Source of the DNA: Escherichia phage vB_EcoM_RZ
Reading direction: 5' to 3' (one strand)
Sequence record: MW598459
DNA: 64,000 bases
A program made the translations under genes and the position numbers. Position 1 is the first letter of the stretch; the number at the start of each line of letters is the position of its first letter. This document shows positions 23,170 through 33,079 of this stretch, in pieces. The notes below the pieces were generated by a model. The model searched no databases. It saw only the letters and a list, made by a program, of their open reading frames with translations, and was not told the DNA's origin.

Positions 23170-23369
23170 TTCTTCACCTTTTTGTTATTCAAACGTTTAC
23201 GATAAACAATCTTTTCTTTCGCTTTAAATTTAGCTTTAGCTTGTTCTACATCAACCCAGGCCTTTGCCATCTCTTTAGCAGTCCCGCCTAATACCTTGGC
23301 AATTTCAATAAATGTCATACCAGATTCATGCAGAAAATGTACTTTAACCTTATCCATAATGATTCTCAT
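23166..23369 (-). CDS. hypothetical small basic protein (24.3-like position), possible HTH
   Basis: 67-aa ORF, Lys-rich C-terminus; segment TFIEIAKVLGGTAKEMAKAW looks helix-turn-helix-like. Confidence 0.45.
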   Translation of the reverse strand: MRIIMDKVKVHFLHESGMTFIEIAKVLGGTAKEMAKAWVDVEQAKAKFKAKEKIVYRKRLNNKKVKK

Positions 23370-23456
23370 GTTGAGTTAGTGAAGCTATCTTAACATGGAA
23401 TTTTTAACTTGTAAACAGGGTTTTTATGCCAGGCAACGTTTGTACAGTACCATAAA

Positions 23457-23485
23457 AACAAAGGGACCCGAAGGTCCCTTTTTAA
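23457..23485. terminator. intrinsic terminator downstream of hoc
   Basis: AGGGACCCGAAGGTCCCT hairpin with T-runs on both strands. Confidence 0.7.
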
Positions 23486-24334
23486 TTAATAAACGTAATC
23501 GTATATAATACCAGCTTCTAAAGCGGTGCGATGAATAATTCGACCATTACGAGATTCTTGTACATCAACCTCTGGATAGTCGGTAATCATTTTTTGAAGG
23601 GTATATCGGTGCAAATAATACGGGCTATCTGGAGCATCAGTTTTCCAGTCTTGCCCAGCAAGAGTCATTTTCTGAATTTCGTCCATAACCCACCAACCAC
23701 ACCAGATATAAGCTGAATTACGAACTGGCAGCGGATGAACGTAAGGTAGTTCGCCCTCTGGTTCAGGAGCTACTTTAGCCGTGACTGTTACATTACCAGT
23801 TTTTGTAACGGTTACAGGGTTATAATCAGTAGCAGATACAACAACAGAAACTTCAATTACCTGGGAACCTTCGGTGCTTGTATCGATTGCTAGAGTATCC
23901 GTGGTGTCAACTACAGGAGAACCGTCTTTCTTCCATGAATAGGCAAAAGTAGCACCAGCAGGCGCGCCAACTACATCTGCTTTAAATGAAGCTAGGGTGT
24001 CTTCCGGAACATTAATCGAAGCTGGAGTTAATGTCACAGAAACACCAGACATTGTTTTATTCTGGATAGTTAAAGTTGTTTCGGCTTCAGCTGTTTCTGG
24101 TTCGCCGTCCGCTGGTGTAGTTGTTGCAACAACTTTAATAGTCTTACTGTCTGCTGGACCAACAGCAACATAATCCATTGCAGCAGTCACAGAAGATTGA
24201 GGAACGCCATCAACGGTCCAGACAAATGATTCGGTACCTTCAGCTGCAGCACCGGAACCGGTCGCAGTGAAATTGGTTGTTGCTCCAATAACGGCCGTAG
24301 CCGTCAAAGGAGCAATAGTTACGGTATAAGCCAT
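23486..24334 (-). CDS. hoc: highly immunogenic outer capsid protein Hoc (short form)
   Basis: C-terminal TVTKTGNVTVTAKVAPEPEGELPYVHPLP...SAYIWCGWWVMDEIQKMT...YYLHRYTLQKM matches remembered T4 Hoc; 282 aa versus about 376 in T4. Confidence 0.85.
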   Translation of the reverse strand: MAYTVTIAPLTATAVIGATTNFTATGSGAAAEGTESFVWTVDGVPQSSVTAAMDYVAVGPADSKTIKVVATTTPADGEPETAEAETTLTIQNKTMSGVSVTLTPASINVPEDTLASFKADVVGAPAGATFAYSWKKDGSPVVDTTDTLAIDTSTEGSQVIEVSVVVSATDYNPVTVTKTGNVTVTAKVAPEPEGELPYVHPLPVRNSAYIWCGWWVMDEIQKMTLAGQDWKTDAPDSPYYLHRYTLQKMITDYPEVDVQESRNGRIIHRTALEAGIIYDYVY

Positions 24335-24343
24335 AATAAACCC

Positions 24344-25009
24344 TTATTTTAAAGTGACAAAAGATGAGTTACGAGTTTCTCGTACTAGAACAGACCCATT
24401 ACGATTGATGTAATAAATCAAACTGAATAGAGTTTGGTGTGCGGTGGGATGTGGGAAAGCAGTTGGACGTTCTTTCCAATCTGGAGTCTCGGCAATCCAC
24501 TGATAAATCCACCATGGAACAGTGCAGAATCCAGGGTTCTTACCAATAAGCATTAAATTCGGGCTAAAGTTTTTTGGCAGAGCAAATACGGGTTTTTCAG
24601 ATTCGATAACCTTAGCAACAGCAGCTTCGAACCTTTCTTCGACAAAAGGAATATCTTCTTCAACCACAACAACTGGTTCTTCGATTTCAACAACTTCAAC
24701 CTTTGCTTCGGTTGGAGCATCAAATAAGAGTTTAGCTTCTTCTTTAGCTGACTCATCGCCATCAAATTTAGCACCTGACAATTCATCATCGGCATCGATA
24801 AGGTCAGTGATGCTCAGGCCTTCATTATCATCAGGCATAGGCATGTCAGCAAATGCTTTAAGTCCTGCTTCCAGGTCAGCCAACATATTATCAAAGGTTT
24901 TTGTTTTCTTAACATCAACACCAAGTGATGCTGCATATTCGGCTAATTTTTCTTTGGCTTCTTTTTTCTCGAGGACACGAATTTCCTCAATGTAGTTCTT
25001 GTCAATCAT
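24344..25009 (-). CDS. inh: inhibitor of prohead protease (Inh)-like protein
   Basis: 221 aa (T4 Inh about 226 aa); position between hoc and uvsW. Confidence 0.6.
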   Translation of the reverse strand: MIDKNYIEEIRVLEKKEAKEKLAEYAASLGVDVKKTKTFDNMLADLEAGLKAFADMPMPDDNEGLSITDLIDADDELSGAKFDGDESAKEEAKLLFDAPTEAKVEVVEIEEPVVVVEEDIPFVEERFEAAVAKVIESEKPVFALPKNFSPNLMLIGKNPGFCTVPWWIYQWIAETPDWKERPTAFPHPTAHQTLFSLIYYINRNGSVLVRETRNSSFVTLK

Positions 25010-25027
25010 GATGAACCTCGGTTAGTG

Positions 25028-25035
25028 TATAAATA
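25028..25035 (+). promoter_or_regulatory. late promoter (TATAAATA) for uvsW
   Basis: exact TATAAATA about 28 nt upstream of uvsW ATG. Confidence 0.55.
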
Positions 25036-25063
25036 TAGATATATTTATTACCTTGGAATCATC

Positions 25064-26563
25064 ATGGATATTAAAATCAACTTTCTAAATTTTAGTCACG
25101 TGCATGTTGAATGTGAAGATGGAATCTTCTACGAACTCCGTGATTACTTCAGCTTCGAAGCTGAAAACTATCGCTTCAATCCAAAGTTCAAGCAGGGAGT
25201 TTGGGACGGACGAATCCGCCTCCTGGATTACAACCGTAAATTACCATACGGTTTGGTTAATCAAATTAAAAAGTTCGCTGACCAGTTTGGCTATTCATTC
25301 TGGATTGACCCACAAATCACCGAGAAAGAAGAAATCTCTCGCGAAGAATTCAACAAATGGGTCGAGTCAAAAGAAATCTATTCAGGCAATACCAAGATAA
25401 CGCCCCATTGGTATCAATCTGACGCCGTATATGATGGTCTGGTCAACAGAAGAAAGATTCTGAACTTACCTACGTCTGCAGGTAAAAGCCTCATCCAGGC
25501 GCTTCTGGCGCGATATTATCTCGAGAACTATGAAGGCAAGGTGCTTATCCTTGTTCCTACAACTGCGCTTGTTGACCAGATGATTAATGACTTTGTTGAT
25601 TATCGGCTTTTCCCTCGTGCAGCTTGTCTGGGTATTCGTTCTGGGACTAAACGCGATTCTGATGCGATGATTTATGTATCGACTTATCAGACGGCTGTAA
25701 AACAACCTAAAGAATGGTTTGAACAGTTTGGCCAGTTTATGAATGACGAATGCCACATGGCTACAGGTAAATCGATTTCGACGGTTATCGAAGGCCTTAC
25801 GAATTGCATGTTTAAATTTGGTCTGTCAGGTTCACTCCGTGATGGCAAAGCCAACCTTATGCAATATATGGGTCTGTTTGGTGATATCTTTAAACCAGTA
25901 TCAACATCTAAATTAATGGAAGATGGCCAGGTTACTGACCTTAAAATAAATAGTATTTTCCTTCGTTACCCTGATGAATTCACCGTTAAAATGAAAGGTA
26001 AAACTTATCAGGATGAAATCAAGGTAATTACAAAAGCTACACGCAGAAATAAATGGGTAACAAACCTTGCCCTCAAGCTTTCTAAAAAAGATGAAAACGT
26101 CTTTTTGATGTTTAAGAATATCGAGCACGGTAAATCGATGTTTGAAATGATTAAGGAAGCTGGTCATGAAAAAGTGTATTATGTTTCTGGGGAAGTCGAT
26201 ACCGAAACTCGTAATGCTCTGAAGGTCATGGCAGAGAATGGAAAGGGAATTATTGTTGTAGCTTCATATGGTGTATTCTCGACGGGGATTTCCGTTAAAA
26301 ACCTCCATCATATTATTTTCGCTCACCCAGTCAAGTCAAAGGTAATTGTACTCCAGACAATTGGTCGTGTGCTTCGAAAACATGAATCCAAATCGACCGC
26401 AAACGTGTGGGACATTGTGGATGATATGGGGGTCAAACCCAAATCAGCAAACGCTAAAAAGAAATATGTTCATATTAACTTTGCGCTTAAACATGCACTA
26501 GAACGTATTCAGCGGTATGCAGACGAAAAATTCAATTATGTAATTAAACAGGTGGAAATATAA
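25064..26563 (+). CDS. uvsW: UvsW DNA/RNA helicase
   Basis: from MDIKINF...; NLPTSAGKSLIQALLARYYLENYEGK (Walker A), DECH box, LQTIGRVLRKH; closely matches remembered T4 UvsW; about 500 aa. Confidence 0.9.
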   Translation: MDIKINFLNFSHVHVECEDGIFYELRDYFSFEAENYRFNPKFKQGVWDGRIRLLDYNRKLPYGLVNQIKKFADQFGYSFWIDPQITEKEEISREEFNKWVESKEIYSGNTKITPHWYQSDAVYDGLVNRRKILNLPTSAGKSLIQALLARYYLENYEGKVLILVPTTALVDQMINDFVDYRLFPRAACLGIRSGTKRDSDAMIYVSTYQTAVKQPKEWFEQFGQFMNDECHMATGKSISTVIEGLTNCMFKFGLSGSLRDGKANLMQYMGLFGDIFKPVSTSKLMEDGQVTDLKINSIFLRYPDEFTVKMKGKTYQDEIKVITKATRRNKWVTNLALKLSKKDENVFLMFKNIEHGKSMFEMIKEAGHEKVYYVSGEVDTETRNALKVMAENGKGIIVVASYGVFSTGISVKNLHHIIFAHPVKSKVIVLQTIGRVLRKHESKSTANVWDIVDDMGVKPKSANAKKKYVHINFALKHALERIQRYADEKFNYVIKQVEI

Positions 26564-26790
26564 TGAAATCCTTCGAAGAAATTATGTACGAAGCATCAAT
26601 TGAAGGCTTTATGGCTAAGATTGGTTCCTGTCAGACCATGGACGGTCTGAAGGAGTTGGAAGGCTATTATAAGAAACGCAGCAAAGAAGCTGAACTGAAA
26701 GATTCCGATGATATCAGTGTTCGCGATGCTCTTGCCGGTAAACGCGCCGAGCTTGAGGATATGGACGACGAAGAAGACGAAGATTTCTAA
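26563..26790 (+). CDS. uvsW.1: UvsW.1 small acidic protein
   Basis: 75 aa; ATGA overlap with uvsW stop; acidic C-terminus. Confidence 0.7.
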   Translation: MKSFEEIMYEASIEGFMAKIGSCQTMDGLKELEGYYKKRSKEAELKDSDDISVRDALAGKRAELEDMDDEEDEDF

Positions 26791-26792
26791 AT

Positions 26793-26826
26793 AAAAAGGC
26801 CCCAACCAAAAGGAAGGGGCAAAACC
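26793..26826 (-). terminator. candidate minus-strand terminator at the end of the uvsY operon
   Basis: GGCCCC...GGGGC hairpin followed on the minus strand by a T-run. Confidence 0.4.
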
Positions 26827-26847
26827 AAAAATGGTTAACAACACTAG

Positions 26848-27015
26848 CTAAATTAAAAGTTGGGTCTCGTTCAGTTGCTCTTCTGTATTTTCCGTAACTG
26901 GCAAACTCTGAACATAATTATAACAGGCGCCCGGATGCACCGGACCTTGGTCTGTATCCACAACCAATGCAGAATCGATTGGAGTTTTACAGACAACACA
27001 AATCTTATCTGACAT
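26848..27015 (-). CDS. small Cys-containing protein (uvsY.-2-like position)
   Basis: 55-aa ORF below the ORF-track cutoff; SD GAGGAG 6 nt before ATG; CxxC motif. Confidence 0.45.
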   Translation of the reverse strand: MSDKICVVCKTPIDSALVVDTDQGPVHPGACYNYVQSLPVTENTEEQLNETQLLI

Positions 27016-27043
27016 GATTGTCTCCTCAGTTAAACTTACATAT

Positions 27044-27154
27044 CTATTTAGTGCTCTTCATAATAGCAGCACGAGCTTTCATCTCATTAACAATTTCGGT
27101 TATTCGGTTTGCAGAGATAACCATCTCGTCGAGAATCTTACTAATATTTTTCAT
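27044..27154 (-). CDS. micro-ORF (36 aa)
   Basis: ATG immediately after the stop of the upstream ORF (TAAATG); helical-looking sequence; speculative. Confidence 0.3.
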   Translation of the reverse strand: MKNISKILDEMVISANRITEIVNEMKARAAIMKSTK

Positions 27155-27388
27155 TTAATTTTCCTTAAAGTATCTCATACCGGTATCTATTCCCATATTG
27201 TGAGAATAGAACGCATCATCGATGTATCCTGCAAATTTACCTTTAACATAGATAACATCTTCACCACAAGGGTGGTCAGCGCAGATACGAATATCTGCAC
27301 GATTCAATTTCCATTCCTTCATCATATACTTAATTTCTTCTTCGAACTCTTCGTCTTGGTTAAACGCATCGTCGATAGAATATCGCAT
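27155..27388 (-). CDS. hypothetical protein (uvsY.-1-like position)
   Basis: 77-aa ORF directly downstream of uvsY; acidic with Cys/His cluster. Confidence 0.6.
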   Translation of the reverse strand: MRYSIDDAFNQDEEFEEEIKYMMKEWKLNRADIRICADHPCGEDVIYVKGKFAGYIDDAFYSHNMGIDTGMRYFKEN

Positions 27389-27822
27389 TACTTGCCCGCC
27401 TCAAATTGTCTTATTTCTAACATATGTTTAAGTGCGAAACTTCGTGACTTAACACCATCTAATGCAGCGCTACAGAAGTCCTGGAGCAGTGTCCAATACT
27501 GAATTGACGTATCAATCTTCAGTACGCTTGAATCTGCGGCCATGACTGTTTTCAATTCTGACTTCTCGTACACATCCATGCATACTTCTTCCCCTGGGTC
27601 ACCCCTTCCTGTATAATGGTCTAGTCGTTTTTTCAGTGCAGTTTTCTTCTGAATCTCAAGACGCATTATTTCTTTCTTGCAGTTGGTATACAATCTCAAC
27701 CATTTGCTATGCAACAAAACGTTGTTTTGTGTTTCATATTGAAGTTGTGTACCATCAATTTTTAAATCTGCATCTAACTCATCCTGAAAGACTTCTAACT
27801 TATATTCAATCTCTGTTTTCAT
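27388..27822 (-). CDS. uvsY: UvsY recombination mediator
   Basis: from MKTEIEY...; LQYE..NNV.L.SKWL...EIMRLEIQKK.ALK.RLD.Y.GRGD...YEKSE.KTV..AD..VLK.DTS.QYW matches remembered T4 UvsY. Confidence 0.85.
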   Translation of the reverse strand: MKTEIEYKLEVFQDELDADLKIDGTQLQYETQNNVLLHSKWLRLYTNCKKEIMRLEIQKKTALKKRLDHYTGRGDPGEEVCMDVYEKSELKTVMAADSSVLKIDTSIQYWTLLQDFCSAALDGVKSRSFALKHMLEIRQFEAGK

Positions 27823-27850
27823 AATGTATCCAATGTAAGGGTCTAGAACC

Positions 27851-27875
27851 ATTATACAGCCATAAAATTAAAGCA
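27851..27875 (-). promoter_or_regulatory. middle-type promoter (MotA box TGCTTTA + TATAAT) for uvsY
   Basis: reverse complement: aaTGCTTTAattttatggctgTATAATGGTTCTAGACC; 12-nt box to -10 spacing. Confidence 0.55.
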
Positions 27876-28265
27876 TTAACCGTTTTGACTTAGCTGAATC
27901 CTGATTTGTTCGAGGGTATCAGGGTCATCAACAATGCTGAACTGAACTGTTACGATAATGGAGTTATCATCATACATAGGGACAACTGCCACCTGTAGAT
28001 TGCTTATCCTTGGTTCGAAGTTCCGCACCGCGGAGACGATGTTGCGTTTAATGGTATCTGTGATTAATGGAGTGATATTCTCGAAAAGCTGATTACTTAT
28101 ATCACATCCAAATTCAGGCATAAAAGGCCTTGACCCTTTTCTTGTGGTGATTATTCCCAAAAGACTGTTCTTAACAGACCTTGCACCAGTTACTTTAGCA
28201 ACGTCTTTATCCCAACTTGTAGATAAGTCGGGAGACACATCGCTATACATTTTGTTTATATTCAT
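27876..28265 (-). CDS. 25: baseplate wedge protein gp25
   Basis: 129 aa; NKMYSDVSPD...KNSLLGIITTRKGSRPF.PEFGCD.S.QLFEN.TPL matches remembered T4 gp25. Confidence 0.9.
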   Translation of the reverse strand: MNINKMYSDVSPDLSTSWDKDVAKVTGARSVKNSLLGIITTRKGSRPFMPEFGCDISNQLFENITPLITDTIKRNIVSAVRNFEPRISNLQVAVVPMYDDNSIIVTVQFSIVDDPDTLEQIRIQLSQNG

Positions 28266-28889
28266 TTACATAAACTTAAAGAATTCTTTAAGCCCCTTAA
28301 TTACATGGACAGAATGTGCTCCGCACTCGCAAGAGATAGGAATAGCCATTTGGACCTGTGGCTTGAGAAGTTCTTCTGTTAGTGCATTTATATCATCGAG
28401 GGTAATTGCATTGTACAGGTCCTCGATTTCAGCTTCATTTAAGTCATCAACAACGATGCGCTCACCGCCTTCCGTGATAATATATTCGATACAACAAGCA
28501 ATCATTTTTCCTTTATCACCATCTTCAAACAGTCCAGGATAACGGAATTTAATTTTAAACGCCCCGAAATCACGAATAACTTCAGACTCATCCACGATGC
28601 TTGCGCGACTTATAGTCACAGGAATATCTTGTTCCTTTCCGCACTCACATACCCATGTATGCTCGACGTTAACAGCTCCGAGACTATTTGCCCAGAGATT
28701 AATAAGAAGCAGCTCGGCTTCCTGTTTGTTTAACCCTTTAGCATCAGTGCATTTATTAAGCAGTTCAATTATTGCAGGTTCCATACGCTTTTCTAATTTT
28801 GCCTGAAGCAAATCTTTGTATTCGCGCAAGGTAAAAGCCCTACAATTTATAGTTTTATTTTTAATTTGGACAATAAATTCATAAGTCAT
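28266..28889 (-). CDS. 26: baseplate hub protein gp26
   Basis: 207 aa from MTYEF (T4 about 208 aa); SD AAGGAG; start chosen downstream of the late promoter that lies inside the longest ORF. Confidence 0.75.
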   Translation of the reverse strand: MTYEFIVQIKNKTINCRAFTLREYKDLLQAKLEKRMEPAIIELLNKCTDAKGLNKQEAELLLINLWANSLGAVNVEHTWVCECGKEQDIPVTISRASIVDESEVIRDFGAFKIKFRYPGLFEDGDKGKMIACCIEYIITEGGERIVVDDLNEAEIEDLYNAITLDDINALTEELLKPQVQMAIPISCECGAHSVHVIKGLKEFFKFM

Positions 28890-28906
28890 AATTTGCTCCT
28901 TTACTG

Positions 28907-28918
28907 TATTTATAAATA
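28907..28918. promoter_or_regulatory. back-to-back late promoters within palindrome TATTTATAAATA
   Basis: TATAAATA on plus (28911-28918, gene 51) and on minus (28907-28914, gene 26). Confidence 0.55.
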
Positions 28919-28942
28919 TCAATAAAGATAAAAGGGGATTCT

Positions 28943-29695
28943 ATGGCCAATATCGTAAGATGTGAAATGCCAGACGGAGTTCATCGTTTCAAACCGTTTA
29001 CAGTCGCTGATTACCGTGATTTACTGCTTGTGCGAAACGACATGAACAACAAACCCGTCGAAGAACAAAAACAATTATTAGACGAACTGTTGGAAGATTA
29101 TTTTGGAGAGTATCCAAAAGCATGGAGGCCTTACATATTTCTGAAGGTATTCACTTCCTCTATCGGTAAGACAAAAGTCCCGGTAGCGTTTGAATGTCAA
29201 AAATGTAAAAAGACAAAGCAGACTTTGTTTAACCTGAATCAGGGTCCATTAGTAAATCCAACGATGGAAACCGCCGGGATAAAAATACAATTTAAGTTCC
29301 CTGAAGTGGAATATAAAGATAAGTCAGAGCTTGTCTTGAATACCATCCAGACTGTCGAAGACTCGGAACAAAAATACAATTGGGAAGACCTTCCTGAAGA
29401 AACAAAGATGCAGGTTATCGATGCAATTGATATAGAGAGCCTCGAAGCACTCCTTAAGAAAATGCATTCGGTTTATATTCCATTTACATATGGCTGTTGT
29501 GAAAAGCACAAAACCGAATACACTGACCTGCTTGACGTCTTTAAGCTTATCCTTAACCCGGATGAAGTCTTTGTATTTTATCAAATTAACCACTTGCTGG
29601 TAAAGAATCAATATTCGCTGGATAGCATCATGCATATGATTCCTATTGAACGAGGTATTGCTTTATCACTAGTTGAGAAGGACTTGAAAAAATGA
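28943..29695 (+). CDS. 51: baseplate hub assembly protein gp51
   Basis: 250 aa (T4 249 aa); Cys-rich (CxxC pairs); upstream of 27. Confidence 0.75.
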   Translation: MANIVRCEMPDGVHRFKPFTVADYRDLLLVRNDMNNKPVEEQKQLLDELLEDYFGEYPKAWRPYIFLKVFTSSIGKTKVPVAFECQKCKKTKQTLFNLNQGPLVNPTMETAGIKIQFKFPEVEYKDKSELVLNTIQTVEDSEQKYNWEDLPEETKMQVIDAIDIESLEALLKKMHSVYIPFTYGCCEKHKTEYTDLLDVFKLILNPDEVFVFYQINHLLVKNQYSLDSIMHMIPIERGIALSLVEKDLKK

Positions 29696-30861
29696 CAGTT
29701 AAATCTATGCAGCGCGAAGGCTTTCCTAATATCAGCATCCGCCTTTACGAAGATTATGATGCATGGCTTGAGCACCGTTTTGTGGAACTAGCTGCTACCT
29801 TTACAACGTTAACCATGCGCGATTCCCTTTACGGAAGAAATGAAGGTCTCTTGCAATTCTATGATACGAAAAACCTACATACAAAAATGAATGGTGAACA
29901 GGTTATTCAGATTTCCGTTAAGAATGCCAACTCTGACCGAACCCAATCTAGAATATATGGAAGTAAACACTTTGCCGTTTCCGTGGATTCAAAGGGTGAT
30001 AACATAATTACAATTCAGTTGGCTCCTATTCACGAAATTGAAGACTTGAAATTTAGTCGTATGTTTTACCCGAGCGTACAGGAAACATTAGTCGAAATGG
30101 CCGGGGTAATTTATCAAGATAGACCATTACTTTCCCCACCAATAAACGGCATAAACGTTTATGCTCCTAACGTTCCATGGTGTGATTCGATGCACCAATA
30201 TATGGAATTCATAAGGGAAGTTGGCCTGTCGGTAGAAACTGATAAATTTGTTTTTGTATGGGAAGATATTGATGGGATAAGTATCCAGGATTATGAATGG
30301 TTAACATCACAAGAGCCAATTAATTTTGTGGTGGGGGAACCTCGATTGGTTGGGCAATTTGTACAAAACCTGACTACTCCTTTAGCCTTCGATTTTGAAT
30401 GGTTAACAAAGGCAAACCAACACACAAGAAAACCATACGAAAACGCAACTGTGTATGCGCATTCATTCCTTGATAAGAACGCAACCAGAATAACTTTTGG
30501 GGAAGGACAAAACAGTATTCTGGTATCTCGTTCCGGTGGCTATGCAGATTACACATACCGAAATGGTTTCGAGGAAGCACAACGATTGATAACTATGTCA
30601 CAATACGACGGTTACGCGCATTGCAAAACATACGGGAACTTTGAACTGACCCCGGGTGATAAGATAAATTTCTTTGACCCTAAGAACCAATTCAAATATG
30701 ATTTTTACGTAGACGAAGTTATTCATGAAGTGAGTAACAATACATCAATTACAAACCTCTATATGTTTACCAATGGTAAGCCTATCGAAGTTGAAGAACC
30801 ACCGAAGGTTAAAAATGAACTTAAAACTGATTCTGCCGACGAAGAAAATACAGCTGGGTGA
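29692..30861 (+). CDS. 27: baseplate hub subunit gp27
   Basis: 389 aa (T4 391 aa); synteny 51-27-28-29. Confidence 0.85.
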   Translation: MTVKSMQREGFPNISIRLYEDYDAWLEHRFVELAATFTTLTMRDSLYGRNEGLLQFYDTKNLHTKMNGEQVIQISVKNANSDRTQSRIYGSKHFAVSVDSKGDNIITIQLAPIHEIEDLKFSRMFYPSVQETLVEMAGVIYQDRPLLSPPINGINVYAPNVPWCDSMHQYMEFIREVGLSVETDKFVFVWEDIDGISIQDYEWLTSQEPINFVVGEPRLVGQFVQNLTTPLAFDFEWLTKANQHTRKPYENATVYAHSFLDKNATRITFGEGQNSILVSRSGGYADYTYRNGFEEAQRLITMSQYDGYAHCKTYGNFELTPGDKINFFDPKNQFKYDFYVDEVIHEVSNNTSITNLYMFTNGKPIEVEEPPKVKNELKTDSADEENTAG

Positions 30862-31333
30862 TAAAGAGATTCATGTTCCTAAGCTTGGTCTCAAGCATCA
30901 CAATCTGATTAAAAACGAACCTAACCCATACGCTGCATTAAGAAAGATTATGCAATCGATATTCCCTAATCTTACAGCAGCCGAATCCGACTTTGTATCT
31001 TTACATCTCCTGGAATTCAATGGTAAGCTAAAAGACAAACGCGAGATTAATGGATTTACATATAAGCTGGATGATGTTTATATCTGTCAGCGCCTTGAAT
31101 TTTCTTATCAAGGGAAGACATTTAAATTCCGCTCCAATAAACCGTATGAAGAATTCGGACCAGTTGACAATCTCCTGGAGACCCTTTATCTCGGGGAAGA
31201 TGTTCCAGACTTTCTGGATATGCCTGCTTTTGTTGCTAAGTGGGCAGACGATATCACAAGCACATTAGCAATCCCGGGCCCGAATGGTCCTGTTAAGGGG
31301 TTACTGAAAATAATGGAACTCCTAAATGAATAA
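30815..31333 (+). CDS. 28: baseplate hub distal subunit gp28
   Basis: 172 aa from MNLKL (T4 about 177 aa); overlaps the 3' end of gene 27. Confidence 0.7.
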   Translation: MNLKLILPTKKIQLGDKEIHVPKLGLKHHNLIKNEPNPYAALRKIMQSIFPNLTAAESDFVSLHLLEFNGKLKDKREINGFTYKLDDVYICQRLEFSYQGKTFKFRSNKPYEEFGPVDNLLETLYLGEDVPDFLDMPAFVAKWADDITSTLAIPGPNGPVKGLLKIMELLNE

Positions 31334-33071
31334 GAACTCCGAACAAACGAGCTTCAGACGCGGTGGACCGAATAAAAAGCTTATTGAAGAATTAGCACCA
31401 CAAAGGAGGGCGGAAGCCCTCTCTGCCGAACAGAATGACGAACTATCGAATCTGAATACAACTCTTACAAATACTCAGGCCGCAACCGAACTTGTGTCGG
31501 AAGCTATTGAGGATAAGGGTAATCAGATTATCGAGAATATCCAAACCAATAATGGAGTCCTCCAGGATATCAGTGCTGGGGTCGAACTGACGGCCGAAGC
31601 CACCGAGAAGACTCAACAAGGGATTAAAAACCTCACGGATATTCTCTCGGATAAACTCGACAAACTCAGTGCAATGATAAGCGGTAAACTAGGCGTCACG
31701 TCTCCTGTGGCTGGTTCTGAAAGCCTTAAACCTGTGGAGGATGCATTACCAGAGCCTGAAGAGAATAAGCCCACGGCGAGCGTTCCAGAGCTCATACCGC
31801 CAGAAGAACAAAAGCCAGACGCAGACTTCATTCCAGAACCAGAACAGCCAAAAACCGATGCAGAAGGTAAAGAGACTAATACCTGGTCACTTGGTGATAA
31901 GCTTGATACCCTTTCGAAGATAACCGAAAAAGGATTTAAGGCATCGGTTTCTGTTGCTGACCGAATCTCCGGGATGCTGTTCAAATATACAATTACGGCA
32001 GCAGCCGAAGCAGCCAAGCTTATTGGTGGATTATTGTTGTTGGTATTCGGTATCGATGCGATACGAGTTTACTTCCAATATTTCATGAAGCAATTCGAAA
32101 AAGGATGGGCCGAATTTAATGACAAGTTCAAAGAATGGGGACCGTTACTCGAAGGACTAATGACTTGGGCTAAGAATGCTGAAGCGATGTTTAGTGAAAG
32201 GAACTGGTTGGGATTAGCTGAAGCTATTATCCGTGGGATGGTTAACTTAACGAAGAACATGGCTCAACTTCTTATGCTTGGGATTTCGAAACTGATTTCA
32301 GCTATCTTAAACAAAATCCCTGGGATGGGTGATTTAGCAGATAATGTGGAAGCCTCGGCTTTGATGTCTTATCAGCAAAATACAGGGGCAACTCTGGATG
32401 ATGAAGACCAAACCAAGATAGCAAAATATCATGACAAACGTTCGGCCGAAGCAATGGAAGCTGCAGAGAAGATGAATAAGAAGTATAAGGATAAACCTGA
32501 ACTAATTAATCAAGCCGAAAAATATGGTAACCTTACCAAGGAACAAGCTGACCAGCTTCGCGCGGGTGGTATTGACACAAGCTTCAGAGACCTTCCAGAA
32601 GAAGAACGTCTGGACTATTTCAAGAAGCGTGACAAAGCGCAGGCTGATATTATTCGTTTGACCCAAACTGCTGACAACCTAATGAAGCCAGATGCGACCG
32701 ATAAAAAGAATGCGCTGGAAATGAGAGCTAACATTGAAAAACAATTAGCTGACCCTGCTATGGCAAAAGGTGGAGCTCCGAAAGACTTGAATATACGTGC
32801 TCTCCTGGAAAAACTTGATAAGTCTCTTGAGAAGTTCAAAGATGAACCGAAGGTTAAACCGCCAGACATTAAGACTTCTCCGGATGCGCAACAAGCCGCG
32901 AAGGTTGATGAAGGCATGAAGGCCAAAGAAAATAAATACAAGGATGCACCGGCCCAGGCCCAAATTAACACAGTCAATAATATTCAGAAGACTTCCAGGA
33001 CGCAATACAATATGCCTCCCCAAAGTTCAACCCCTGCCCCTGGCATGAGACAGGCTACGAGAATTAACTAA
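31326..33071 (+). CDS. 29: baseplate hub/tail length determination protein gp29
   Basis: 581 aa (T4 about 590 aa); helical, Ala/Lys/Glu-rich tape-measure-like sequence. Confidence 0.8.
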   Translation: MNKNSEQTSFRRGGPNKKLIEELAPQRRAEALSAEQNDELSNLNTTLTNTQAATELVSEAIEDKGNQIIENIQTNNGVLQDISAGVELTAEATEKTQQGIKNLTDILSDKLDKLSAMISGKLGVTSPVAGSESLKPVEDALPEPEENKPTASVPELIPPEEQKPDADFIPEPEQPKTDAEGKETNTWSLGDKLDTLSKITEKGFKASVSVADRISGMLFKYTITAAAEAAKLIGGLLLLVFGIDAIRVYFQYFMKQFEKGWAEFNDKFKEWGPLLEGLMTWAKNAEAMFSERNWLGLAEAIIRGMVNLTKNMAQLLMLGISKLISAILNKIPGMGDLADNVEASALMSYQQNTGATLDDEDQTKIAKYHDKRSAEAMEAAEKMNKKYKDKPELINQAEKYGNLTKEQADQLRAGGIDTSFRDLPEEERLDYFKKRDKAQADIIRLTQTADNLMKPDATDKKNALEMRANIEKQLADPAMAKGGAPKDLNIRALLEKLDKSLEKFKDEPKVKPPDIKTSPDAQQAAKVDEGMKAKENKYKDAPAQAQINTVNNIQKTSRTQYNMPPQSSTPAPGMRQATRIN

Positions 33072-33079
33072 GGAATAAC

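Noticed and set aside
24522-24995. 157-aa plus-strand Ser/Thr-rich ORF and 80-aa minus ORF within inh
   Set aside because: Low-complexity and embedded in or out of frame with the inh ORF; no start context.
25036-25053. Minus-strand late promoter for inh
   Set aside because: Best candidate reads AATAAATA on the minus strand, one mismatch from TATAAATA; not called.
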